A stretch of 33,746 nt of DNA, taken from the IMG/VR virus record IMGVR_UViG_3300001102_000004, positions 1 through 33,746 of that record; one strand, written 5' to 3'. Shown in pieces: positions 23,843 to 32,490 of the stretch. Position numbers and translations under genes: made by a program. The first letter of the stretch is position 1. Each line of letters begins with the position of its first letter. Below the pieces are notes generated by a model. That model worked only from the letters and a program-made list of their open reading frames with translations. It searched no databases and was not told where the DNA came from. The stretch comes from a virus.

Positions 23843-26071
23843 TTAAATTCCGCCCTGGTGCCAAGTTATAAAACCCTCTCCTGCTGCTGATGTTGTTACA
23901 ACTCTAACCCCTGCTAACTCAGGCACAAATATTTTAGAGCCTATATTAGCTCCGTCTCCTGAAAGCTCTATACCGTTAGTTGTACTTGGTGCTGTTCCGT
24001 CTAAAGTCATTCTGACATTTCCTGCTCCGTTATCGTCTATGGCCGTAATCCAACCTGGACCAGTAGCAGCTATACCTACAGGAGTTGTACCTATAAATCT
24101 AGTTATACCTGCGTTTGTTGGTACTGCTGCTATTCTTATAGCTTCTACTACCTCCGCCTGGGTTAATCCTGTGTTTGATACTGGTTCCTCCTGTATATTG
24201 TTTCCCGATGGCTGTATAGCGTCTTTATTGAATTTGTCGCAGAAAATATTATCCTCTGTAATGTCTATTACTTGTGTTTTATCTGAGTTGTAGTTAACTC
24301 CGTTCTCACACCTCCAGCCTTTTATTTCGTTTATTACTGGTCTATTTTGAAAAATCCACTCATCAGGTATATCTCTAATTACTCCGCTAACTGGGTCAAC
24401 ATATCTAAGTCTTAAACTTCCGTTCGCGCTAAAATCTTGTACATAAAATCTTACTCTATAAATTCCCTGAGGCAAAACCCCTAAGGAGTTAGAGTTAAAA
24501 TTAGCGTAAGGAAAAACCCACTTTTCAGTCATTTCATTGCCGCAATTTTCACTTATCCAAATTGATCCAGTTTCCGCAGTTCCTACGTTCTCTATTAAAT
24601 CTGCATCAAAAGGCATCATTAAATAAAAATCTAACTGGGCCTGATCTTGTCCAAAAACATTGGTTGTAGTAGCTCCGTTTATAACCTGGGCTACATCCTC
24701 TGTGTTTTGGTGCATAGGGTAACCCTCCAGGTCTGTTAAGCTAAAAGAAACTGTATACGGGTCTGATGATGAAAAACCGTTTACTGCTCCTGCTCCGTCA
24801 TTCCATAACTTCTCGTTAGCTCCGTTTGCCCCCGTAACCTCGTAATAAGTTTGCCCTATACAGGTAACTCTTTTACATTCTTTAACAACCTCTCCAGGGT
24901 TTAAGCTGTAAGCTGTTATTGATCCGTTTTCCTGGTGCTGACTTAAAACTACAGTCTCGCTTATTAGGCTTCCTGTGTTACTGTAACTCCTTTCCTTGTA
25001 CTGTCTAACAGTAGGTAGTACTTCGTCGCCGTTAGAGTCAAATACGCAAAGCCCTGTGTATTCCCAGTCGTTTCTAACTTGGTTATTTATAGCGTCCTCT
25101 ATGGTTTGAAGTTCGCTTACTATTGGTGAAGTTAAAGCCGTTATAGTTGCAGCGTCTAAAGATACTTCCCCGTCTACTGTTATAGTAGTAGCTGGGTCTG
25201 TTAACAACGTAATTAAATCTCCAAAGTTATCTACATTAACATCTAACCCGTCTAAAGCTGACGCTATAGCATTGGCTAACGCTGTGTTGTCAAATGTAAC
25301 CGTTACTGGTTGGTTAACCGTTACGGTACCAGTTACATTTATAGGTTGGTTGTTTATGTCTACGTTTAAATCTATACTCTCTAAATCTGATAAAGTTCCT
25401 GGAGAAAGTGATACGCTTAAATCTCCGTTAGTTACGTTAACGTCTATTGGCTCTCCTAATAGGTTTACATCTATACTAGGATTGTCTATAGTGGCCGTTA
25501 CATTTAAACCGTCTAAAGCTGTTGATATTTCGTTGGCTAATTCCTGTAGGTCCCCTGTAGATAGGTCCGCATTAACCGTCCATGTTCCAGACTGTACCGA
25601 GTTTACAGTAATACCAGCGTCTAATTTATCGCACACATCCTGTATGGATTGTGTTATTAAAACTGTTTGCGCTTGTATCTCTCCTGCTATTTGGTTCCCT
25701 AGGTTTGTAAATAAAGCTGAAAATGCCGCGTTTGGATTTACTGTTATCTCATTGTTTATAGATATTCCGTTATCTACAATGTCGCATATTTTTTGCTCCA
25801 ATAAAGTTAAGTCTGATCCTCCCGAAATACAGCCTGTGCATTCTGTGTACCATTCACAAAACTCCTCTTCGCTTGTAAATAAAGTTGAGCTTGTTATGTC
25901 TGTAAATGGAAAATCGTTATAACATTTATTCCCGTCTACGTAAATATCATAAAAACCCTCAGAGGCTCCTTTGTCTATTTTAACTTCACATAAAGGATGC
26001 GTATTGCACGTGTCTTTATCTGTATCTGTAATTACTAAGTAATTGTTTTTCTTTTCTAACTCTAATGCCAT
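23843..26071 (-). CDS. Large unknown virion-module protein (possible head/neck fibre)
   Basis: 742-aa ORF between the capsid and tail genes. It has repetitive (I/L)D(V/L)NV and ALDGL(N/D)V segments and a beta-rich C-terminus. Confidence 0.65.
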   Translation of the reverse strand: MALELEKKNNYLVITDTDKDTCNTHPLCEVKIDKGASEGFYDIYVDGNKCYNDFPFTDITSSTLFTSEEEFCEWYTECTGCISGGSDLTLLEQKICDIVDNGISINNEITVNPNAAFSALFTNLGNQIAGEIQAQTVLITQSIQDVCDKLDAGITVNSVQSGTWTVNADLSTGDLQELANEISTALDGLNVTATIDNPSIDVNLLGEPIDVNVTNGDLSVSLSPGTLSDLESIDLNVDINNQPINVTGTVTVNQPVTVTFDNTALANAIASALDGLDVNVDNFGDLITLLTDPATTITVDGEVSLDAATITALTSPIVSELQTIEDAINNQVRNDWEYTGLCVFDSNGDEVLPTVRQYKERSYSNTGSLISETVVLSQHQENGSITAYSLNPGEVVKECKRVTCIGQTYYEVTGANGANEKLWNDGAGAVNGFSSSDPYTVSFSLTDLEGYPMHQNTEDVAQVINGATTTNVFGQDQAQLDFYLMMPFDADLIENVGTAETGSIWISENCGNEMTEKWVFPYANFNSNSLGVLPQGIYRVRFYVQDFSANGSLRLRYVDPVSGVIRDIPDEWIFQNRPVINEIKGWRCENGVNYNSDKTQVIDITEDNIFCDKFNKDAIQPSGNNIQEEPVSNTGLTQAEVVEAIRIAAVPTNAGITRFIGTTPVGIAATGPGWITAIDDNGAGNVRMTLDGTAPSTTNGIELSGDGANIGSKIFVPELAGVRVVTTSAAGEGFITWHQGGI

Positions 26072-26084
26072 TTCTATTGTTTAT

Positions 26085-26681
26085 TTATATTGATAGTGCT
26101 GAAAATTTCATGCACTTTTCACATCCTTTGTAAATGCTTAAAGGGCTTTGGTTGCTTCCTGAGCAAGGGCATAAGTTATCCCCGTCATTTTCTATGCACC
26201 ATTGTATAGCCTTATAAGTCTCTATTGCTTTGTTATATCTCCTCTCCGCCTCTCTCTCTGCAGCGCATACGTCTGCTTGTTTTCCTTTTTGGCTTTTTTG
26301 TTTAGTAAAACCTAAAGGCTCTGCTGTGTATATCTTTTGGATCATATACTCGTAGTAGATAAACCCAGTTAACATTTTCTTTAAACCCTCGCTTTTTATT
26401 TCGCACTTTTTACAGCAATCTGTGCAGCATGATTTATTACCACTTTTGCAAAATGGATTTATTATATTTTCAAATAGCTCTACTACCTCTGTGTTTTCAG
26501 GGTCAGACTTTCTATTTTTAATATATTGACATAATTGGGCTGCTAGTTCACAGCCCAATAAGTCATTTAAATACTGCGGCTCGTATTCGTCTATATATTC
26601 TATTAGCTCCTCACCGTTGTAACAGTTTGTAGGTAAGCAATAAAATATCTTAAAGCACGAGCAATCAGTTATCCTAGCCAT
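26085..26681 (-). CDS. Extremely cysteine-rich protein in the connector position
   Basis: 198 aa with 18 Cys by hand count, including CCTDCCKKC and CPC...C..C clusters. Confidence 0.6.
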   Translation of the reverse strand: MARITDCSCFKIFYCLPTNCYNGEELIEYIDEYEPQYLNDLLGCELAAQLCQYIKNRKSDPENTEVVELFENIINPFCKSGNKSCCTDCCKKCEIKSEGLKKMLTGFIYYEYMIQKIYTAEPLGFTKQKSQKGKQADVCAAEREAERRYNKAIETYKAIQWCIENDGDNLCPCSGSNQSPLSIYKGCEKCMKFSALSI

Positions 26682-26687
26682 CCTCTA

Positions 26688-27014
26688 TTATTTAACAGAT
26701 TTAGCTACATCCTCTGTGTTTATTTCCTCAATAGTTCGCTTTACTGGAGCGTCAACTACTTTGTACTTTAAACCTCTACCTTTTAAGGATTTTTTTTGAG
26801 TTTCCTTGTTCTCTGCTGAATCTCCAGCTACTCCCTCTAATATCCATCTATGGACTCCGTAGGTTTTTCCTTTTTTGAAAAATTTAAAGTCTGCTGTTGG
26901 TTCGAACCAAACCCTATCTCTAGTGTTTAATTTTTCTCCTGCGATGTAAGTAACACCGTTAGGCTTAGCGTCTACTCTGTACTTAGAGTGATCGTATTTT
27001 TTATCTTCTGCCAT
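26688..27014 (-). CDS. Hypothetical protein downstream of the capsid gene (decoration or connector candidate)
   Basis: 108-aa ORF. Confidence 0.6.
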   Translation of the reverse strand: MAEDKKYDHSKYRVDAKPNGVTYIAGEKLNTRDRVWFEPTADFKFFKKGKTYGVHRWILEGVAGDSAENKETQKKSLKGRGLKYKVVDAPVKRTIEEINTEDVAKSVK

Positions 27015-27027
27015 TATTTATGGTTTT

Positions 27028-27050
27028 TTATAAAGGGGGAATTAACCCCC
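27028..27050 (-). terminator. Hairpin (GGGGG-6 nt-CCCCC) after the major capsid gene; weak or partial terminator
   Basis: The minus strand reads GGGGGttaattCCCCC followed by TTTATAAAAAA. Confidence 0.45.
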
Positions 27051-27069
27051 TTATTTTGTTAGTTTTTAA

Positions 27070-28293
27070 TTATTTTTCAATATCCGTTAGTACGTTATCG
27101 AACGTGTCAAACTCAAAACAAGCCTGGTGATTACACGCAATATAGAATAAAAATCTACTCTCGGCTACAAACGTTTCCACGTTATGAATAAACTGATCGT
27201 TAATTAATCCTCTACGTATAGAAAACTGCTTGTATTGAGCTAGGGTAGCTTTTTTAAAGTCTCCTAAAATATATTCGTTGTCAGCTAAACCGTAATTAAT
27301 AACTACCTCGATACCGTTAATCCTTAAAGTTCCACCTGTAAAGGTAATACCTGGATGAGTTTGGTATGTTCCATCCGCGTTTTTAGTAGACAAAAGTTTG
27401 TAGTACTTAGCACATGATACCATTACGTTATCAGGCATACAACCTTTGCAATTAGCTGAAACTATAGCAGCTTCTAAAGCATCCGCGCAATTAGGGTCTA
27501 CAATGCAACCGCTATAAGCTGGGTTTAAGTAAGTACCTGCAACATCTTTAATTTCCTCAGTAACATAAGCGTTTAACTTATCGTCATGCAAACGTCTGAA
27601 AAGCTCGTTAATCCAAGATAATACACCTGGTACATCCTCGAAAAACTCCTCACATATAACTAGATGAGCTGCTAACTTCTTAGCCTCTGCACTTTGTCTT
27701 TTTACTGAAAAATCAACGCATGGCTTTAACTCACACTCTCCAACGCAATCAAACTCCCCTGAGTCAGCTACATACTCCATCCAGTAAACATGCTTTGCAG
27801 AAACTGTTATGCGGTTTAATTTGTCTAAAATTCGAGTGTTAACTCTAACCTGGTCCACTAAACCTGGAACAAATAAAGTTTGGCCGTAACCAATACCTGT
27901 ACCTCCGTCGTCGTAAGAATTGTCCGAGCTTAATACTGCAGACTTATCTATTACTAACTCGGCATCGTACTTAGAAGTACTGTTACTTTTCCATGCCTCA
28001 ATAGGTGTAATAGTAGTTCCGTCTGCAACATATCCCTTGTCCGAGAAAGTTCTGTTGTCAGACTTAGATACTACTAACTCCTCTAATGTTAGAGTCTTTG
28101 TAGTGTTTTCCTCTTTAGCTTCTAACGCTGTAACTTTAGTTTCTAAAGCAGCATAAGAAGTGTTAAAAGAATCCATTTTACTTGTTAGCGCAGCATTCTC
28201 TAAAACCTGAGCGTCTAACTTAGCTGTTAAAGCAGTTGTAGCTAACGCTACTGCGTCGCTAATGCTTTTAGCTATTTGTTCTTCTTGTGTCAT
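27070..28293 (-). CDS. Major capsid protein (HK97-fold type) with an N-terminal coiled-coil delta/scaffold domain
   Basis: 407 aa, immediately after the prohead protease. The N-terminal 60 aa or so are Ala/Leu-rich coiled-coil. A hairpin terminator follows. Confidence 0.75.
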   Translation of the reverse strand: MTQEEQIAKSISDAVALATTALTAKLDAQVLENAALTSKMDSFNTSYAALETKVTALEAKEENTTKTLTLEELVVSKSDNRTFSDKGYVADGTTITPIEAWKSNSTSKYDAELVIDKSAVLSSDNSYDDGGTGIGYGQTLFVPGLVDQVRVNTRILDKLNRITVSAKHVYWMEYVADSGEFDCVGECELKPCVDFSVKRQSAEAKKLAAHLVICEEFFEDVPGVLSWINELFRRLHDDKLNAYVTEEIKDVAGTYLNPAYSGCIVDPNCADALEAAIVSANCKGCMPDNVMVSCAKYYKLLSTKNADGTYQTHPGITFTGGTLRINGIEVVINYGLADNEYILGDFKKATLAQYKQFSIRRGLINDQFIHNVETFVAESRFLFYIACNHQACFEFDTFDNVLTDIEK

Positions 28294-29086
28294 TTGTTTT
28301 GTTTTTAATAATTTCTATTACTTTGTTTAAATCAATTTGAGTGCCTGCTGGCGGCTCGGTTTTTTGAGTGTCTGCTGACGGCTCAATATCTTGTAGAGTA
28401 GGTGTTAGCTCGTTACTGCCCTGTAGGACCGCGCTAACCTCTATTAACTTTGCTTCATATATCGCGAAAAAATAACCTCTCTCTATAGCTCTGTCTTTGT
28501 TTCCTATAGAGTCTATATGTTTATCCCATTCTGCTTTTTCCTGCGCGTATTCCTTACCATCTGAGTTTATAGCCATCTTTAAGCTAACATAGTACATTCC
28601 TACGCTATGCTGGTTAATAGCTCCTTTGTTGTACTGGTTAAATATAAAAGGGTTGTAACTTTCCTTTATATCGCTCTCTATAATAAGGCTAACTGTATCT
28701 CCGTCTTTATCTACCCCCAATGTTCTCCAGGGAATAGCTCGCTCCTCAATATCCTGTATGTCTCCAACCTGAGCAACTAATTTAAAATCGTGGTCGTGTA
28801 AATGGAAAACCCTATCCTTTCGGTCCTTTATAGACTTACTAAAAACCTTGTCCAAATGTACATCGTCGTGCGAATCCATCCAGTTATAAGTGTTAGCGAC
28901 TATAGTAGTTAACCCAGGTGTTAGATCGTTTTTATTTACAGACTTATTTACTCCTCCACTCTCGATGTTTGATATTATACCGTCAGTAAATTTAATAGCA
29001 GATTTTTTAAAATCCATTATTTTTGTTTTCTCAGCCTTTAAATACTGGAATAACTCCGCTTTATTTTCAAAACTTGGTATAATCAT
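28268..29086 (-). CDS. Prohead maturation protease (HK97 / S78-like)
   Basis: 272 aa between portal and capsid. It has HDDVH and HLHDHD histidine clusters, and the LIEVSAVLQGSNELT block resembles the E.S.V..PAN motif. Confidence 0.65.
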   Translation of the reverse strand: MIIPSFENKAELFQYLKAEKTKIMDFKKSAIKFTDGIISNIESGGVNKSVNKNDLTPGLTTIVANTYNWMDSHDDVHLDKVFSKSIKDRKDRVFHLHDHDFKLVAQVGDIQDIEERAIPWRTLGVDKDGDTVSLIIESDIKESYNPFIFNQYNKGAINQHSVGMYYVSLKMAINSDGKEYAQEKAEWDKHIDSIGNKDRAIERGYFFAIYEAKLIEVSAVLQGSNELTPTLQDIEPSADTQKTEPPAGTQIDLNKVIEIIKNKTNDTRRTNS

Positions 29087-29175
29087 TTCTTTACTATTTT
29101 AGCTTCATTAGCTTTTTTAATCTTTGCAGAAAACTTTTTTTTAGCCTCCTCTAAAGTTGGTTTAGTTTTTTTCAT
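29083..29175 (-). CDS. Possible 30-aa lysine-rich peptide between portal and protease
   Basis: Hand translation gives MKKTKPTLEEAKKKFSAKIKKANEAKIVKK. The ATG is 4 nt after the portal stop, and its stop forms an ATGA overlap with the protease start. Confidence 0.35.
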   Translation of the reverse strand: MKKTKPTLEEAKKKFSAKIKKANEAKIVKK

Positions 29176-29179
29176 AACA

Positions 29180-30379
29180 TTACAAAGTTAAGTATTTATT
29201 TAATACGTTTTTCTTCTCCTCTTGTGTTAATAAATCGCCTGCTGCATTTAGAGCGTCAGCAACCATTTTTAACGTCTTAACGTCTTTTATTTTTTCGTCC
29301 TTAAATATTTTTAAATCAAATTCAGCTACTATTTTCTCGTCGTTTCCATCGAAAAAATGATTACTAAGTATGTTTGCTATTCTGTCTGCAGTTGGTATTA
29401 TTGAATCCTCGTAAGCTTGCTTTATAGCGTTCTTTTTATTGTTAAACGTGCTGGCTTTTTCCTGGCTAAATAGATCAGAGGATAAACCATAAGCGTCAAT
29501 AACCTTTTTTTCTGACATGCTCATTTGCTCCAATAGCTGTAGACTTTTAACGTCCTCTGTTATCTTTGTCCACTTCATCGCCTTATTAGTAAGTATTATG
29601 GACTGCTTACCATGTTTTAACCCATGTGTCTCAGCATGTTTTTTGTAAAGCTCCTTTTTTTCAGGCTCAGAAAGGCTAACAATACCTCCGCTTTGAGACT
29701 CAGGAGAAAGTATACCTCTAGCCCCCCTTTGTTGTATAAGTACGTTTATGCTCTCTAGCGAGCACATAATATTGCTAAGATGGTATTTTAAAGACGGTAG
29801 TTTTGACTGTGGTTTAATTGAGTTTTGTTGTACGCTGTCCTTTCCAAAAATAACCTGCTGCACTTTATATGTGTCCTTGCCTCCGTTAGATGATTTTACC
29901 TGGAAATTCTTAATTATACCCGATAACTCCGACTGGTCGTTGTATTTACCTGTAGGTACTATTTCGGTGTGAGCTAATGATAAAAAACTCATTGATTTAG
30001 GAGCGTTTACAAAATCACTTTTTGGAGCGTAAATTAAAAAGCCCCCGTATAAATCCCAGTTTTGAATTAGCATTTTATTAAACTCATATCCTGATAAGTA
30101 CCCATGAGGATTGTTTAGCTTCTTTATAATGTCGCTTTTATCTACTACCTGGTCTCCTTTGTAATGTACCCATTTTAAATTACAAAACATTTCTGCCCTT
30201 TTATCTAGGACCATTCTTAGTATAGGGTTTGTTTCGTATAAGTGGTAGGCATTTCCGTAAGTGCAATCTATTAAAAACGGGGTTACGTCTCCTATAGACT
30301 GAATACCAAAGTCATTATTTATAGATTGCAATATATCTCTACCTTTGTCTACTCTTTTAAATATGTCTAATAATCCCAT
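29180..30379 (-). CDS. Portal protein
   Basis: 399 aa, between the large terminase and the protease. Confidence 0.75.
   Translation of the reverse strand: MGLLDIFKRVDKGRDILQSINNDFGIQSIGDVTPFLIDCTYGNAYHLYETNPILRMVLDKRAEMFCNLKWVHYKGDQVVDKSDIIKKLNNPHGYLSGYEFNKMLIQNWDLYGGFLIYAPKSDFVNAPKSMSFLSLAHTEIVPTGKYNDQSELSGIIKNFQVKSSNGGKDTYKVQQVIFGKDSVQQNSIKPQSKLPSLKYHLSNIMCSLESINVLIQQRGARGILSPESQSGGIVSLSEPEKKELYKKHAETHGLKHGKQSIILTNKAMKWTKITEDVKSLQLLEQMSMSEKKVIDAYGLSSDLFSQEKASTFNNKKNAIKQAYEDSIIPTADRIANILSNHFFDGNDEKIVAEFDLKIFKDEKIKDVKTLKMVADALNAAGDLLTQEEKKNVLNKYLTL
29183..29209 (-). promoter_or_regulatory. Degenerate member of the N15 element family: AACG-N15-TAACTTTG, 7 nt before an ATG
   Basis: The spacer tattaaataaatact closely matches the spacer at 11879-11893 (tattaaataatagct). 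Confidence 0.3.
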
Positions 30380-30383
30380 ACTA

Positions 30384-30410
30384 CAAATTTAACCTTTTTA
30401 TAAATACAAA
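30384..30410 (-). promoter_or_regulatory. Promoter-like element, N15 class: TTTG-N15-TAAATTTG, only 4 nt before the portal ATG
   Basis: The minus strand reads TTTGtatttataaaaaggtTAAATTTGtagtATG. The spacer contains the terminase stop codon. Confidence 0.45.
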
Positions 30411-31621
30411 TGTTGGTGATAATTACCCACGATCATATCACATGCCAAAGCTACCGTATCGGGTGCGTCGTCATTTTCGTTTTTCTTTTTATCTATGTTG
30501 AAGCTTAAAAACTCTTTCATAAATTTATCGTAGTCGCTTCCTACCTCGTAGTCCTCTCTAAAATAAAAGTACTGTTTTATGTTATATGATGCGTTCATTA
30601 TCCTAGTCTCCTTATTTGTTTTGGACCATTTACCAAACATCGAGCAATTTATTTTATTTTGCAGCATATTCATAAATAATTTACCAGCTCCGTTAGTTTC
30701 TATCCAGGCCTCCCTGGTGTTATTCCTGTTGATAATATCCGCGCATTGGTCCAGGGTGTAATTATTATCTGTAGCCTTGCTCATTAAAACATCTGTAATA
30801 TAAACGTCTCTACCTATCATTTTTATTATTAATGCGCATGTTGAATCCTTACCTCCTGTGGCAACATCTATAGCACAGTAAATATGCTCTACTGAGTCGT
30901 CGTTAATATCACTTAATTTAAATCTGTTTAGGTCGTTAAAACTAAATACTGCTCCCTCCTGGTCCTCTATAAATTCTGCGTAAATCTCCTGCCTAGCTGC
31001 TTGCTCAGATATTTTACCTATCTCTCGCTCTAGTTTTTTAATCGTGTCATTGTCTAGGAACGGGTTGCAGTAGCTGTTTTTTTGGGTTCCTGAATACTCA
31101 GGGTTGCCGTTTAAAACTTCTTTCCACATTAAATAAAATCTGTGATCCTCTCCAGTTTTAGTCCTCTTACCTTTAGGTGTGCCAAAGGCTATTAGCTGAC
31201 TATCTTTATAGTCCATCATCATTGGCAGTATAGCATTAGTATACAGATAATCCTTTTTTAGAATTATACCAGCCTCGTTTAAATATATCTTTTGATAACC
31301 AAACCCCTCTATGTTTTCGGGTTTATCTGCACTCCTAAAGTCTATAAAGCCCTCCCCTATTTTTAATATTTTCTTTTGGCTATTCCATTCGTGCTCCAGC
31401 TCCTGCTCCTCTATAAATGGCAAAAAATAACGCTCGTAATACCTGTCTATATTTGAGTAAATAGTATCTACCCATAGTACAGCCTTTCCGTCTGCGCAAT
31501 CTATAACAGCGCATATGGCAGCTCCTTTGGTTTTTCCTGTACGTCTACCAGCAACTACTAATACAAATTTAGACTTTTGGGATAAAAACCATTTATTTTG
31601 CCATCTAATTAATTTTATCAT
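30398..31621 (-). CDS. terL: Terminase large subunit
   Basis: Walker A VVAGRRTGKTKG, Walker B-like KIYLNEAG, and C-terminal nuclease acidic motifs (AIDVATGGKD, WIETNGAG, DDAPD). Confidence 0.85.
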   Translation of the reverse strand: MIKLIRWQNKWFLSQKSKFVLVVAGRRTGKTKGAAICAVIDCADGKAVLWVDTIYSNIDRYYERYFLPFIEEQELEHEWNSQKKILKIGEGFIDFRSADKPENIEGFGYQKIYLNEAGIILKKDYLYTNAILPMMMDYKDSQLIAFGTPKGKRTKTGEDHRFYLMWKEVLNGNPEYSGTQKNSYCNPFLDNDTIKKLEREIGKISEQAARQEIYAEFIEDQEGAVFSFNDLNRFKLSDINDDSVEHIYCAIDVATGGKDSTCALIIKMIGRDVYITDVLMSKATDNNYTLDQCADIINRNNTREAWIETNGAGKLFMNMLQNKINCSMFGKWSKTNKETRIMNASYNIKQYFYFREDYEVGSDYDKFMKEFLSFNIDKKKNENDDAPDTVALACDMIVGNYHQHLYL

Positions 31622-31880
31622 CCTCTGTAGACTCGTCTATTATTTCAACTTGTATACGTTGTTTTTTCTCTTTGTTAACTACCATTTGTATTGGCATTCC
31701 AAAGCTATACTGAAAATATAGTTTTATGGCCCAAGGTTCTCCAGCGTTTATAGCTTTTCCAAATTCTCTTTGGGCTTGTTCGTCAAATAAAGCCAATATA
31801 CTTTTTAACTTCTGCGATACCTCGTTAGGCTTCCTGCCTGCGCCCTCTCTTTTCCCTCCGTTATTTTTTCTCCCGTCCAT
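31605..31880 (-). CDS. terS: Putative terminase small subunit
   Basis: 91 aa. GGKREGAGRKP basic/HTH N-terminus. It overlaps the terL start by 17 nt. Confidence 0.55.
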   Translation of the reverse strand: MDGRKNNGGKREGAGRKPNEVSQKLKSILALFDEQAQREFGKAINAGEPWAIKLYFQYSFGMPIQMVVNKEKKQRIQVEIIDESTEDDKIN

Positions 31881-32091
31881 CTGCCTCCAATATCCTACCG
31901 TCTAGGTACGTTAATAATTTGCTTTTGCATATAGCTATATCCTCTATTTCCTCAGGGGTTACGCAAGACGCTAAAGTATTCTCTATAACATTGAATAAAC
32001 AATTTATAGATTGAGCTTTAATAGATAGTTTAACCTTTTCAATATTACTCCAATCTCCAGGCTTAACCTCGTATTTTGATTTTTTTTCCAT
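31861..32091 (-). CDS. Hypothetical protein
   Basis: 76-aa ORF. Confidence 0.6.
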   Translation of the reverse strand: MEKKSKYEVKPGDWSNIEKVKLSIKAQSINCLFNVIENTLASCVTPEEIEDIAICKSKLLTYLDGRILEADGREKK

Positions 32092-32100
32092 TTTATTTTT

Positions 32101-32490
32101 TTAAAATTCTTTTCCTAATCCAATATCTAAAAGGTGATCCGTTAAATTAACGTACATATCTCCACCGTCTCCCGATGAAAATAAAAAATAAACCTCTGCT
32201 ATATATCTGCCGTATTTACCCCTGTAATCCTTTTTAGTTTCTATAAAAACATCCTGGCCGTCTATTAGTTTTCTAACATAGTCTCTAACCTCTATTCCTT
32301 TATTCTTTTCAGGCCCTCTAGTCTCAGGGGTGTTTATCCTAGCCAACCTTACTGGCTCACCTTTACCGTTAGGTCCTTTAATTGTTATCCCGTAACCAAG
32401 GTCTATATTTAATTTAAAGGTGTCTCCGTCGTAAACAGAAACTACTTTAGCTTTATAGCTGTACCTGTGTTTAAAATTACTGCTGTTCAT
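32101..32490 (-). CDS. Staphylococcal-nuclease (thermonuclease) fold nuclease
   Basis: VYDGDTFKL ... VRLARINTPETRGPE ... GRYIAEVY matches the SNase DGDT / R..G.D.PE pattern. Confidence 0.75.
   Translation of the reverse strand: MNSSNFKHRYSYKAKVVSVYDGDTFKLNIDLGYGITIKGPNGKGEPVRLARINTPETRGPEKNKGIEVRDYVRKLIDGQDVFIETKKDYRGKYGRYIAEVYFLFSSGDGGDMYVNLTDHLLDIGLGKEF

Noticed and set aside
26899-26908. GGTTCGAACC, a tRNA T-arm-like string
   Set aside because: It is a simple palindrome inside the 26688-27014 CDS. No acceptor, D or anticodon arms can be drawn around it. No other intergenic region is long and structured enough for a tRNA.
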